From: a virus
Lineage: Duplodnaviria; Caudoviricetes
Virus record (IMG/VR): IMGVR_UViG_3300042363_001420
Reading direction: 5' to 3' (one strand)
DNA length: 64,000 nucleotides
Positions 1 through 9,315 of this stretch are shown here, piece by piece; position 1 is the stretch's first letter, and every line of letters starts with the position of its first letter. The notes below the pieces were generated by a model. The model was not told where the DNA came from. It did not search any database and was given only the letters and a program-made list of their open reading frames with translations. Both the position numbers and the translations under genes were made by a program.

Positions 1-497
1 TCGAAGCTTTTTCCACCAGTGTTGTGCTGATAGTAAATGCCGGTCAGCTCTTTCTTCATCTTGAGAATTTCGCGTACTTGGATTTCCATGTCAGTGGCTT
101 GACCACGTGCGCCGCCCGACGGCTGATGAATCATGTGACGTGCATAAGGTAAGATCAAGCGTTTGCCTGCTGCCCCGGCTTGTGCCAGCAATGATCCCAT
201 ACTACAGGCCTGACCCATGACCACTGTGCTGACATCGCACTTGATGTATTGCATGGTATCATAAATGGCCATGCCTGCTGTGACCACACCGCCCGGACTG
301 TTGATGTAAAACAAGATGTCGCGATCTGGATCTTCGCTTTCTAAAAATAACATTTGGGCCACAACCAAACTGGCACTGTGCTCATTTACATCGGTGTCCA
401 ACATGACAATGCGATCACGTAGCAATCGGCTGTAAATGTCGTAGCTGCGCTCACCTTTGCTGGTTTGTTCTACTACAATAGGTACTAGGTTAGGCAT
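1..497 (-). CDS. clpP: ATP-dependent Clp protease proteolytic subunit (3' end runs off window)
   Basis: Not in ORF track. Manual translation from ATG at 497 gives [30 protein letters not shown]...YINSPGG...GQACSMGS...MIHQPSGG, a canonical ClpP with catalytic Ser and His. Confidence 0.96.
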   Translation of the reverse strand, partial: MPNLVPIVVEQTSKGERSYDIYSRLLRDRIVMLDTDVNEHSASLVVAQMLFLESEDPDRDILFYINSPGGVVTAGMAIYDTMQYIKCDVSTVVMGQACSMGSLLAQAGAAGKRLILPYARHMIHQPSGGARGQATDMEIQVREILKMKKELTGIYYQHNTGGKSF

Positions 498-1470
498 ATT
501 GATCCTTTGAAAATTCTCTAGTTATTAATAAATTTTTATTATATTCAACAATAGATTTGGTTTGAGATATGATTGACGGATTGTTGATAATGTATTGTAC
601 AACTTTTTTCATTTGTTGCCAACGATTTATACCTTCAAAATTGTCGTAGCTTTCGTCCCAGACACTGTTGAATGTTCGAAATCCCAAATCTCTAAGATAT
701 TGTAGATAATTTTTAGGAGCATAGGTCACAAAAGGTTTCAATCCCACTATCGGACGCACTGTTTTTTCTGTAGGAAAAAAAGTAGTACCTCTAGTCATGG
801 TTTCCAAAACCAACTCGACTCCAAATTGATTGTAAAACTTCAACAGACTGACTGATGCTGCTGCTACAGCATCTCCTACCAGGTGTGTGCCAAATACTGT
901 TTGGTCCAGGGATTCAAACGGATGCTTGTTCCAAAATTGCTTAAATTTTTTATGTTCGTATTCTGGTAAGTAATCGCCAAGAACATTGCTGTTATTGACC
1001 CAATGATGTCCAAAATCAAAGTGTGATTCGTTTATGTGTTGCATTCTACTGAATAAAAAGTAGGTCTGCCAGTTTTGGTAACATTCATACATAATAACAT
1101 TACGTGACAAGCTGTCTCTACCAACAAAAAGTCCGAATAGCTGCTGTGGTTTTCTTATAAAATCGGCTGGCGTTGTCCACCAAGAAAGATCCTGTAGTGC
1201 CCAGACTTTATTTTCATGATCGCAAACGTTGGCGTAAGGAAGTTTTTCTTTTCTGTTAATACACCAAATTCGAATCTTATCAGCAGAGTGACCTGTGCTG
1301 CGTTGCCATTGCTGAATAAATTCCAACAGTCCTGAAAATTCCAAACTGATACCTTCTAGACAATGAAACAATACTGTGTCTTTGAGTCTAATAGACAGTA
1401 GATTTTTTTCAACATCTTCTTTGTTGTACCAATAATTTCCGATGTTTCTAACTATGATTTCTTTGAGCAT
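490..1470 (-). CDS. Putative glycosyltransferase-like protein (paralog family, copy 1)
   Basis: C-terminal motif [31 protein letters not shown] shared with four other ORFs; TEK motif recalls GT10/GT-B enzymes. Confidence 0.5.
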   Translation of the reverse strand: MLKEIIVRNIGNYWYNKEDVEKNLLSIRLKDTVLFHCLEGISLEFSGLLEFIQQWQRSTGHSADKIRIWCINRKEKLPYANVCDHENKVWALQDLSWWTTPADFIRKPQQLFGLFVGRDSLSRNVIMYECYQNWQTYFLFSRMQHINESHFDFGHHWVNNSNVLGDYLPEYEHKKFKQFWNKHPFESLDQTVFGTHLVGDAVAAASVSLLKFYNQFGVELVLETMTRGTTFFPTEKTVRPIVGLKPFVTYAPKNYLQYLRDLGFRTFNSVWDESYDNFEGINRWQQMKKVVQYIINNPSIISQTKSIVEYNKNLLITREFSKDQYA

Positions 1471-2453
1471 TAAATGATATTCTGAGATAATCTTTCACGT
1501 TGTTTGTCAACGTAATTCTTAAAATGACACCTGTTGTATAATAATTTATCTTTAATAGAAAGAAATCTGTGCTGCCAATAGGACTTGGGTTGGACACACA
1601 AAATCTTTAAGAATTCTGGTATGTTGTTGCTGTCAGCAAGATCTAAATCTGTTATGTCAGAAAACTCTGTTGTATAGACTTCAAAACCTCGATCAGTCAA
1701 CCATTTAGTGCCGCCGTTGACATCGTAGACCAAGAAAGGCCTTAGCCCCAGTATAGGTTTATAAATTTTTTCGCTGACAAAATAATGTTGATCTATTCCA
1801 TATACTGTTTCGGTAACTATGTTTAAAAAACAACTCTGCCAGTTTTCGATAGTACCTAAACTGGATATATCATTGGGTATGCCATTCTGATCGGCACCAG
1901 AATTTGGAGCTAAATTTACAACAGGTACATCTTCATTTAATGTTTTTATAGCAGCAGCATTGTCCCCTCCGAGGCTGACTAAGCCCTGGTCCAATAGCTG
2001 CAGAAACTCCAACTGTTGATACAATCGACGTCGATGCCAATGTGGTTTTCGATTCAGACACATGTAAGCATGATTTATGCAGTCGACTCTCAGCAACGAT
2101 GCTAGATTGGGCTCTTGAAATTCTTTGTCTAGGAACAATGCCCAATAATCAACAAAGGTTGAGTTTTCATAATAACCGATAGCAGTGACCTGTGCGTACT
2201 CAGTGAACCAATCTGGCTTAGGGATAGCAAAGTCTAACATGGCAATCAGAACAATTCGATCAACAGAATTATTTTGTAGAAATGGCAAGACTTGTTGTTG
2301 ATGATAATCTCCAGAGTACCACACACTGTTGATCACCACTATCTTCTCGGCACTGAGATTTAGTTGCTGCATCCACGTTTGCAGCAAACAATTTTCTAAT
2401 TGTTTGGCTGGATACTCAGGTCCCCAACCGTTGTCAAAAATTTTAACGATCAT
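1470..2453 (-). CDS. Putative glycosyltransferase-like protein (copy 2)
   Basis: CLNRKPHWHR and IVTET..FVSEKIYKPILGLRPF motifs of the same family. Confidence 0.5.
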   Translation of the reverse strand: MIVKIFDNGWGPEYPAKQLENCLLQTWMQQLNLSAEKIVVINSVWYSGDYHQQQVLPFLQNNSVDRIVLIAMLDFAIPKPDWFTEYAQVTAIGYYENSTFVDYWALFLDKEFQEPNLASLLRVDCINHAYMCLNRKPHWHRRRLYQQLEFLQLLDQGLVSLGGDNAAAIKTLNEDVPVVNLAPNSGADQNGIPNDISSLGTIENWQSCFLNIVTETVYGIDQHYFVSEKIYKPILGLRPFLVYDVNGGTKWLTDRGFEVYTTEFSDITDLDLADSNNIPEFLKILCVQPKSYWQHRFLSIKDKLLYNRCHFKNYVDKQRERLSQNII

Positions 2454-3406
2454 GATGGTTGATGTTTTTTAACTACCTGCTGCAGAACTTGTCGGTTATA
2501 AGCTGCAACAGCATTGACAGAATCAACCCAGGCAGCAGTGTGCTGTCGATGTATGTATTGTAACACTTGCTGCATGGCTTGCCAACGTTCTAATCCTTCT
2601 AGTTTATCGTAACTTTCATCCCAAAAATCTGCATAAGTTTTAAATCCCAGTTGACGCAGTCTTTGTAGAAACTGTGCAGGACCGAATAAAACAAAGGGTT
2701 TTTCGGCAGCAATGGGCCTTACAGTTTTTTCTGTAGGGAAAAATGCATCACCGTAACAATAAGTTTCGCAGACAATTTCTATGTTGAATCGATTGTAAAA
2801 CTTCAGCAAACTAAAGTTAGTGTTTTGATCAGCTGAATATTGGTCCCCGATACTGACGCCGTCTATGCTGGAGACCGGTGGGTGCTTCCACCATTGTTGA
2901 AAATCTGTAGACTCAGTGTTGTTGATCCAGTTTTCAAACTGTTCAACAGCAATGCCGTTGAAGTGCTGCCACGGCAAAGGTGTAGTAGCTTGCATCAAAC
3001 TCATACATGATTTATCTCGATATTGTTGCCAAACGTCGTAAAAGATCTTACATCTTGCAACAGTTCTGCGCCCAATAAAAATCCCAAAAATATCAGCAGT
3101 CTTGTTGGCAAAGTTATCTGCAATAGTATGCAACTGATGGTGCCAAAAAAAGTGACTAGCAAGATGGCGTATCTGACGTTCAAATGGCACAATCTCCACG
3201 CTGTTGTGCCAATTGGCAACTGTCACTTGAGATGGATCCACACCGGATTCCAACACTGCATCGACAATCCCAAGTCTGTATAAACTAGGTCCTTCTGCAC
3301 CGAGATCTAACATAATTGGTTGATTCTGTGCTTGCAATAGTTGTTGACAAACAGAGGCTCTATTAAACCACTCGTCTCCGGCCACACGCACTGGTATTTG
3401 TATCAT
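2450..3406 (-). CDS. Putative glycosyltransferase-like protein (copy 3)
   Basis: [31 protein letters not shown]; closest in the window to 490..1470. Confidence 0.5.
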   Translation of the reverse strand: MIQIPVRVAGDEWFNRASVCQQLLQAQNQPIMLDLGAEGPSLYRLGIVDAVLESGVDPSQVTVANWHNSVEIVPFERQIRHLASHFFWHHQLHTIADNFANKTADIFGIFIGRRTVARCKIFYDVWQQYRDKSCMSLMQATTPLPWQHFNGIAVEQFENWINNTESTDFQQWWKHPPVSSIDGVSIGDQYSADQNTNFSLLKFYNRFNIEIVCETYCYGDAFFPTEKTVRPIAAEKPFVLFGPAQFLQRLRQLGFKTYADFWDESYDKLEGLERWQAMQQVLQYIHRQHTAAWVDSVNAVAAYNRQVLQQVVKKHQPS

Positions 3407-3412
3407 AGCAAT

Positions 3413-3430
3413 TACTTATAATGCTAAATA
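3413..3430. promoter_or_regulatory. Back-to-back putative late promoters (TAAGTA on minus, TAAATA on plus)
   Basis: 28-bp divergent intergenic region containing T4-late-like hexamers 6 and 4 nt from the two start codons. Confidence 0.5.
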
Positions 3431-3434
3431 TACC

Positions 3435-5024
3435 ATGCGCGACTTATTAGATATTCTCGAAAATATTTTACTCACAGAAAAATCTCGTGGCCTATTGTAC
3501 CGAGATAAAGGCGATACTTTTTTCCAAGGATCCTTGGAAAATCCATCATCAGTTATCACATTCGACAGCGTAGATTATTATCCCAGTATTCCTGGATCTT
3601 ATGAAACACTAGAAGAAGCACAGGAAGCATGGCAACAAGCCGAACAAACATATCCAGGTATTGTTTGGTCAAACAAACCCAAAGGTTCGACTCGTGCGTT
3701 TGTTGTGTTAAAATTTGAAGGTCCGGCCAAGGGCAAAAAAAGCTACTTCGGCAGGTTCTTTGATAATATAAAACCCGACATGGCCGGGGCCTGGAGCAAT
3801 GACGGATTGCCCGGGGGATGGCAGTTAAACAAGGCCACTAGCCTCAAAGGCAGTTATTTTAGACTTAAACCAGCTGATCTATTTCCGCCTGACAGCAACT
3901 TTGCTACACCGGCAGCCTGCGTAGCAGAACTCGGCAACAATCCCAAAAACAATCCAGCTGTGCCTAAGATTATGCCTGGCATGCAAGAATTGCTAACCGG
4001 GCGATTGCCTACATTTGAGAATGTCGGCGAAATGGGCACTGCCATCAGAGATGACTTGGGTGAAACAATTGGGCCTATTGCTTTGATACAAGGAATGATT
4101 ACTACACAAGGTGCTGAGGCTGCTAGAAAAGACATACTTGGGCCTAGGGGCAGTTATAGTGGATCAAGTATCTTCTTTCCTGCTGCAAAAAATAACGGGC
4201 TAGTTGACAGTTATATCACTACACCCGGTGGCGTCGAAATTGGTATTTCTAGCAAAGGTGAGAAAGGTGCCTTGGCCAGCGTTAAAAACATTTCGGACGG
4301 TATCGATGTTGCCCGTCAAAAAGGTATGACTGATTTATTAAATACCTACGCTGAAGAAATCAAATTGATCGAAGAAGTCGGAAAATTAAGTAGTCTCGAG
4401 TTTCCATTAAAATTAGGTATAGAACAAGAAATCATAAATGCCAAGCAGGCCAAGATAATTGTTGAGTTGATCAAATCCGGTGCCAAATCACTGGATGCAG
4501 TGGCTATGAGTAAAAAAGATTCAGCAGTGTTAACAGACTTGATGAAAGCTGTGAAAGCCAAAACAGATAACACAAGATACAATACTGGTTATCATATTCT
4601 CAGTAGTTTGGCACGTCGTGTAGTACAGCAAATTAATACCAATTCAAAATTTAAAGAAGCTTGTATTAAATTCCTTAATACCAGTCCTATCATACAGTTA
4701 CATCTCAGAGCCAGCATGAAAGGCAATGGTGTACAAGTGACTGGCTTTGACAGTAAGTATCCTCCGGATTTTAAAGGTACTGTTGGTTTGGATGCCAGCA
4801 AAGTATATGCTGCCACTGGCATTATCGGGCGAGTTTCTTTTGCATACAACCCAGTTAGCGACGGATTGCCAGACGCAGACGAAACCGATTCGGTGCCACC
4901 AGAACCTGCAGTAATCGACAATGAAAAATTAGACGCTGTTAGCCAACGCCGCAGCAGAGTTAGAGCATCATCCTTTAAAAAGCCTGAAGGTGACAAGCAG
5001 TCACTGGGGCGTAAACGTCGCTAA
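3435..5024 (+). CDS. Hypothetical protein, possible PD-(D/E)XK nuclease-like domain, possibly virion-internal
   Basis: 529-aa ORF; LVDSY...GISSKG pattern; N-terminal LLTE resembling a head-protease site. Confidence 0.4.
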   Translation: MRDLLDILENILLTEKSRGLLYRDKGDTFFQGSLENPSSVITFDSVDYYPSIPGSYETLEEAQEAWQQAEQTYPGIVWSNKPKGSTRAFVVLKFEGPAKGKKSYFGRFFDNIKPDMAGAWSNDGLPGGWQLNKATSLKGSYFRLKPADLFPPDSNFATPAACVAELGNNPKNNPAVPKIMPGMQELLTGRLPTFENVGEMGTAIRDDLGETIGPIALIQGMITTQGAEAARKDILGPRGSYSGSSIFFPAAKNNGLVDSYITTPGGVEIGISSKGEKGALASVKNISDGIDVARQKGMTDLLNTYAEEIKLIEEVGKLSSLEFPLKLGIEQEIINAKQAKIIVELIKSGAKSLDAVAMSKKDSAVLTDLMKAVKAKTDNTRYNTGYHILSSLARRVVQQINTNSKFKEACIKFLNTSPIIQLHLRASMKGNGVQVTGFDSKYPPDFKGTVGLDASKVYAATGIIGRVSFAYNPVSDGLPDADETDSVPPEPAVIDNEKLDAVSQRRSRVRASSFKKPEGDKQSLGRKRR

Positions 5025-5578
5025 CCTATGTGATCGCAGATGTTGTATCTCAGTGCTTCTTCGGCACTAAGGTACACATCCTGTGCTGGAAGCAGAACAG
5101 ATTTTATAGTTTCTTCGTCTAGGCCGGTAGAGTTGTTGTAAAGATTAACCATGCGACGTTGTGTTAATTCAAATTCTTTCATTGTAGCAAATAACTCGTG
5201 TGCCTTGCCTTCGCTGCCCCAACTAAACTGATGACTTAAGATGCTGGTGTTGGGTGTTAGCACTCTTCGACCAGGCGTGCCCGATAAAAATATCAACAGA
5301 CCGCAACTGGCAATCTGACCCAGCCCTACTGTTTTAATAGGTATTTTACTGGTGCGCATAACATCAATTAATGCAAAGGCAGTGCTTAAATCTCCGCCCT
5401 CGCTGCAGATCATTAGCAGAAGTTCTTTTAATTTTTTCTTTTTGACGTAGTTTTCGTACAAGATCCATTCAATAACAGGTTTAACTGTTTCTACGTCGAT
5501 TTCGCCCATCAGCACCATCATGCCATGGTCGTTTAAAGTAGGTACAGTTTCTAATAAAGAATCTTTGTCAGTTGCCAT
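5021..5578 (-). CDS. clpP: Second, divergent ClpP-family protease
   Basis: ICSEGG, GQIASCG (Ser), SHQFS (His), QDVYLSAEEAL (Asp); start assigned to MATDKD at 5578. Confidence 0.85.
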   Translation of the reverse strand: MATDKDSLLETVPTLNDHGMMVLMGEIDVETVKPVIEWILYENYVKKKKLKELLLMICSEGGDLSTAFALIDVMRTSKIPIKTVGLGQIASCGLLIFLSGTPGRRVLTPNTSILSHQFSWGSEGKAHELFATMKEFELTQRRMVNLYNNSTGLDEETIKSVLLPAQDVYLSAEEALRYNICDHIG

Positions 5579-5646
5579 TGTTGATAAAATAAAAGGTAAT
5601 GCTATATTATACAGCATTACCGTTACTTATGCCTAGAAGATCAGGA

Positions 5647-5862
5647 TTACTTCACCAAAAAGAATTTTTCGGTAAATTCCTTGGAATATTTGACAAAATA
5701 TTCAGAAGCGGTTTCTGCTTGCTTGACCATGCTTTTAGCAAAATCAACTTGGCGATCAGTAAGTTCAACTAAGGCTGTTTTGACAGCGTCTGGTTGCACA
5801 TAAGCCAAGGCAGCTTTGGTGTTTTTTGCATAAGTGTCTGCTAGTGTTTCAAATTTAAACAT
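5647..5862 (-). CDS. Phasin-like (PHA granule-associated) protein
   Basis: 71-aa amphipathic, helical Ala/Lys/Phe-rich protein with AAGGA RBS; TGC-N3-GCA box upstream. Confidence 0.5.
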   Translation of the reverse strand: MFKFETLADTYAKNTKAALAYVQPDAVKTALVELTDRQVDFAKSMVKQAETASEYFVKYSKEFTEKFFLVK

Positions 5863-5903
5863 GATGGTTTCCTTTTAAGTAAATGTATTTTACACGATTA
5901 TTT

Positions 5904-5917
5904 ATTGCAATGCAACA
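5904..5917. promoter_or_regulatory. PhaR-like operator (TTGCAATGCAA) next to a late-type promoter
   Basis: attgcaatgcaaca inverted repeat about 45 nt upstream of the phasin-like gene. Confidence 0.4.
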
Positions 5918-5961
5918 TTTTTATATATTTTTTGGTGAAAAATACTACAATTAAATACAGT

Positions 5962-6291
5962 ATGATTAATATTCTTATCGACACCGACCAACATGAATTT
6001 TGGGTAGAACAAGGACTAGACGACAGCGTTGAATACTGCATCAGTCAGGACCTACAGTCATGGGTATCTGACCCAAATCAAACTAAAATAGCATTAGTTG
6101 AAATACTTCAGCACGAAGATATAATCGACAAAAAAATACACCAAATTTGTTTTTTAGCTGATCGAGCAATACTGTTTATTCCAGAACTAATTGATCAAAA
6201 CTGGCTGACTGAATTTGACTTACCGAACGTGTCTATCTACGTTGCGGGAAAATTAAATGGCGTTTCACTTTCCGAAGATCAAATAACATGA
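5962..6291 (+). CDS. Hypothetical protein, translationally coupled to the next gene
   Basis: ATG at 5962 follows TAAATA; ATGA overlap with 6288. Confidence 0.6.
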   Translation: MINILIDTDQHEFWVEQGLDDSVEYCISQDLQSWVSDPNQTKIALVEILQHEDIIDKKIHQICFLADRAILFIPELIDQNWLTEFDLPNVSIYVAGKLNGVSLSEDQIT

Positions 6292-7469
6292 CCTATCAAG
6301 ACCTATTCATAGATTTTTATCAAAACGTCAAGGATTCTACTTGGCCCGAATACGACGATTTAATTAAATTAGATCCCATACCAAAAAATATCTTGTACGT
6401 GATTGTCACTACCTTTCAAGTACCAGACGAAGCAGATCCTGCAGAAAAAAATCGAATTATATGTGAAAGTCTGAAGATAAAAGAAATACCAGAAGAAATA
6501 TCAACCAAAGAAAAAGGAAAAGAATATTTTCAACGATTACTGGACCGCGAAAGATTTGAAAAATTCTACAACGGATTAAAAACAGATTCCTGGCCCGAGG
6601 TAAAAGATTTCTTAGAAAAAGAATCCAAGTCGTTTGATATATTAGAAGACATTTTTGCCAATTGGAACATGCCTGGTAATAATTACATCATTGATCAATT
6701 GAAAAAAACTGACAGTTACATACCTTTAAAAAATGCCGAAATCAATATGCATAATTATTTTTTCTGGAGCACTGTTGATTTTTACCGTCAGAAACCAGAA
6801 ATTCTCGATTTACTTGATCACACTTATTCTAAACCAAAATATTTTGAAATATTGTTAGGACGTCGAAAATATCATAGAGATCTGATCTACAACAATATCG
6901 ATCATGAAAAAAACATAGTAACTTATATGTCTGAGGACGAGTCTTTAAATCTAGCTCAAGATCAAAATTTTGTTTGGCCTTCTGACGTACTAGATCCAGA
7001 AAACATTGATATAACCAACACTGCTAGTATTGTAAAAGTCGATGGTATTATTGTAAGCCTAAGTCAAATAATTCCTGTGTCTGTCTATAATCAAACAGCT
7101 TATAGTCTAGTTTGTGAGTCTCAGCATGAGAATAATTTTAGCTTTTTTACTGAAAAAATAATTAAGCCTATATTAGGACGTAGAATATTCTTGGCCTGTA
7201 GTGGAAGATACTTCTTGAAGAACCTTCGTTCCTTAGGATTTCAGACATTTGATTCTGTCATCGACGAGTCTTACGACAACGAATGGAATTTAGAAAAACG
7301 GGTTGAAATGTTATTGCAACAAGTGGAATATCTATACACAGTAGATCAATCAGAGATATATCAACAGGTTCATACTGTGTTGGAACACAATTTTAACTTG
7401 ATAATGAACAACGACTGGCAACGTGATATGATTAAATCTATTGCAAATGAGATTAAGATATACGTATAA
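6288..7469 (+). CDS. Putative glycosyltransferase-like protein (copy 4) with two N-terminal FY..(V/L)K...WP repeats
   Basis: FFTEKIIKPILGRRIF..LRSLGFQTF..IDESYD; FYQNVKDSTWPE and FYNGLKTDSWPE. Confidence 0.5.
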   Translation: MTYQDLFIDFYQNVKDSTWPEYDDLIKLDPIPKNILYVIVTTFQVPDEADPAEKNRIICESLKIKEIPEEISTKEKGKEYFQRLLDRERFEKFYNGLKTDSWPEVKDFLEKESKSFDILEDIFANWNMPGNNYIIDQLKKTDSYIPLKNAEINMHNYFFWSTVDFYRQKPEILDLLDHTYSKPKYFEILLGRRKYHRDLIYNNIDHEKNIVTYMSEDESLNLAQDQNFVWPSDVLDPENIDITNTASIVKVDGIIVSLSQIIPVSVYNQTAYSLVCESQHENNFSFFTEKIIKPILGRRIFLACSGRYFLKNLRSLGFQTFDSVIDESYDNEWNLEKRVEMLLQQVEYLYTVDQSEIYQQVHTVLEHNFNLIMNNDWQRDMIKSIANEIKIYV

Positions 7470-7505
7470 ATTATTACCGACATAAATATTTACAAGGAGA
7501 TTTAC

Positions 7506-7724
7506 ATGTTTAAGGCAATCAAAGAATTTTTTACTGGCAAAAAAGCAGATGTTGCAGCAGAGCCTGCAGCACCATACAAGATAGAAGCACCTGCGGTTGC
7601 TGAACCAGTTGCTACAGAAAAGCCCACAGCACCTGCTGCCAAGCCACGTGCAAGAAAACCTGCACCAAAACGTGCTGCCTCTGCCAAGAAGCCTGCTGCC
7701 AAAAAGCCCACACCTACACCTTAA
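7506..7724 (+). CDS. Small Lys/Ala/Pro-rich histone H1-like protein
   Basis: AAKP/KKPA repeats; TAAATA and AAGGAG upstream. Confidence 0.65.
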   Translation: MFKAIKEFFTGKKADVAAEPAAPYKIEAPAVAEPVATEKPTAPAAKPRARKPAPKRAASAKKPAAKKPTPTP

Positions 7725-8731
7725 ACAAACGAATCTACAAACTGGTCGCGAGCCAAGTTTTTACCCTTGGCTTCGACCTGGATATCAAAATCAGGACTGA
7801 AACCGGCGGCCCAAGCATTTACAGCACGATTCCACATAAAGTCTGAGTGTGCCCTAAGCTTTTGTTTCTTAAACCCCTGAGCCAACAAGGCCGGCATGTC
7901 GGGCAGTACATCAGGATCATGACCTACTAAGATATCTTCACGCGACACGCTGTAGTGCATGGCAGGCCGTACGCCTTGCCAGCTATCAATTACTCGCTTG
8001 ACACGATCATCACCGGGTTGAATATATTCACCTTCTCGTATCCAGTTATGGTGCACATCCATCACAACAGGCACAATGTCGCTGATACTCAAACAGTCAT
8101 CTAGACCCCAGGCGTTTTCCTCGTTCTCAATAGTAATGCAATTTCGGGCTTCGGGCGAGAGACGACGGTAAGCCGCCCGGATACCGTCAGGCCCTTGACG
8201 ACCTGAGATATGCACATTGATTTTGAAGTCTTGGAACGACTTGCCGTAACCCATCCAGCGGGCCATGTCTGCATGATATTCAAACTCCTTTATTGATCTT
8301 TCAACAATGTTTTCGTTAGCACTAGCCAAGACACAAAACTGTCCGGGATGAAAACTGAGCCTTACACCCAATTCTCTAGCACGAGCACCAACAGGTGCGA
8401 ATATCTGTTCTAAATGACGTTGTACATCTGCCTGTTGCCACCAGTCGATCCAACTGGGTTCGGTATAGCCCTGCAGCATTTCACTGCCAAGTCGAACCAT
8501 GTGTTTGTGTTTGGGTAAGCTGCCTACTCGTTCAACCATGCGTAGTGCAGCGGCAGCATTATGATTCATGATATCCCACTGCCGCTGTTCTGCTTCTTCA
8601 GGGTGTTCTCGTAGCCAACGCATGGTAGTGCTGCGACCGTTGAGATCTCGGTCTTTAGCATTGACCTTCATGCCGCCGCACTCGCTGGGATCATTGAGCC
8701 ATTTACAACAAAAGCCCACTTTACCTTTCAT
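7721..8731 (-). CDS. uvsE: UV damage endonuclease (UVDE)
   Basis: GFCCK, RLSFHPGQFCVLAS, INVH, IENEE, MDVHH, HYS and RAHSD motifs. Confidence 0.93.
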   Translation of the reverse strand: MKGKVGFCCKWLNDPSECGGMKVNAKDRDLNGRSTTMRWLREHPEEAEQRQWDIMNHNAAAALRMVERVGSLPKHKHMVRLGSEMLQGYTEPSWIDWWQQADVQRHLEQIFAPVGARARELGVRLSFHPGQFCVLASANENIVERSIKEFEYHADMARWMGYGKSFQDFKINVHISGRQGPDGIRAAYRRLSPEARNCITIENEENAWGLDDCLSISDIVPVVMDVHHNWIREGEYIQPGDDRVKRVIDSWQGVRPAMHYSVSREDILVGHDPDVLPDMPALLAQGFKKQKLRAHSDFMWNRAVNAWAAGFSPDFDIQVEAKGKNLARDQFVDSFV

Positions 8732-8757
8732 GTAGATCCTCTAATTTAGATGTGTTG

Positions 8758-9315
8758 TTACTGTTCTAGTAATTGTAGCACATTTTCAAATGTATCACAA
8801 GTGAGATTGGCAAGTTCCTGATAAGTTTTATCAGGTTGTGTGGGATAGTCTACCAAAACCCACTGAATTTCGGGTTGGGTAGCAATTAGACTGCGGATTA
8901 AACCAAGATAGTTTTTTTTCTTGTGTGTGTCAAATCGATCTGCAGAATCTACTACAGTAGACAAGTCAAAGCCCATCATTATCACAATGTCGCTTTGAGC
9001 AGATGCTAAATGTAAAGCAACAATGTCTTCGATATTATCAACTTCCTGTAAGAATTTACCCCCGTAAACTTTTACTTCACTGGGGCGACCCAACATCTTT
9101 ATACTACTTTCTGGTATATAAAAATTACAAGTTTGTTGAAAATTTCTTTTGATCAATTCTACACCCTTGGCAGAGTCATGACAGATAACATTGTCAGTTG
9201 CACAGCTACGCCAAGTTTTCCATGATCCCCAGATAGGACCAATATTTTTGATTAAATCAGCATCTACAGCCGGGTCTAACTGATAATCACTGGCCACTAC
9301 CCAGTTAATTCTCAT
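8758..9315 (-). CDS. Hypothetical protein
   Basis: Coupled ORF; IVIMMGFD motif; function unclear. Confidence 0.55.
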   Translation of the reverse strand: MRINWVVASDYQLDPAVDADLIKNIGPIWGSWKTWRSCATDNVICHDSAKGVELIKRNFQQTCNFYIPESSIKMLGRPSEVKVYGGKFLQEVDNIEDIVALHLASAQSDIVIMMGFDLSTVVDSADRFDTHKKKNYLGLIRSLIATQPEIQWVLVDYPTQPDKTYQELANLTCDTFENVLQLLEQ

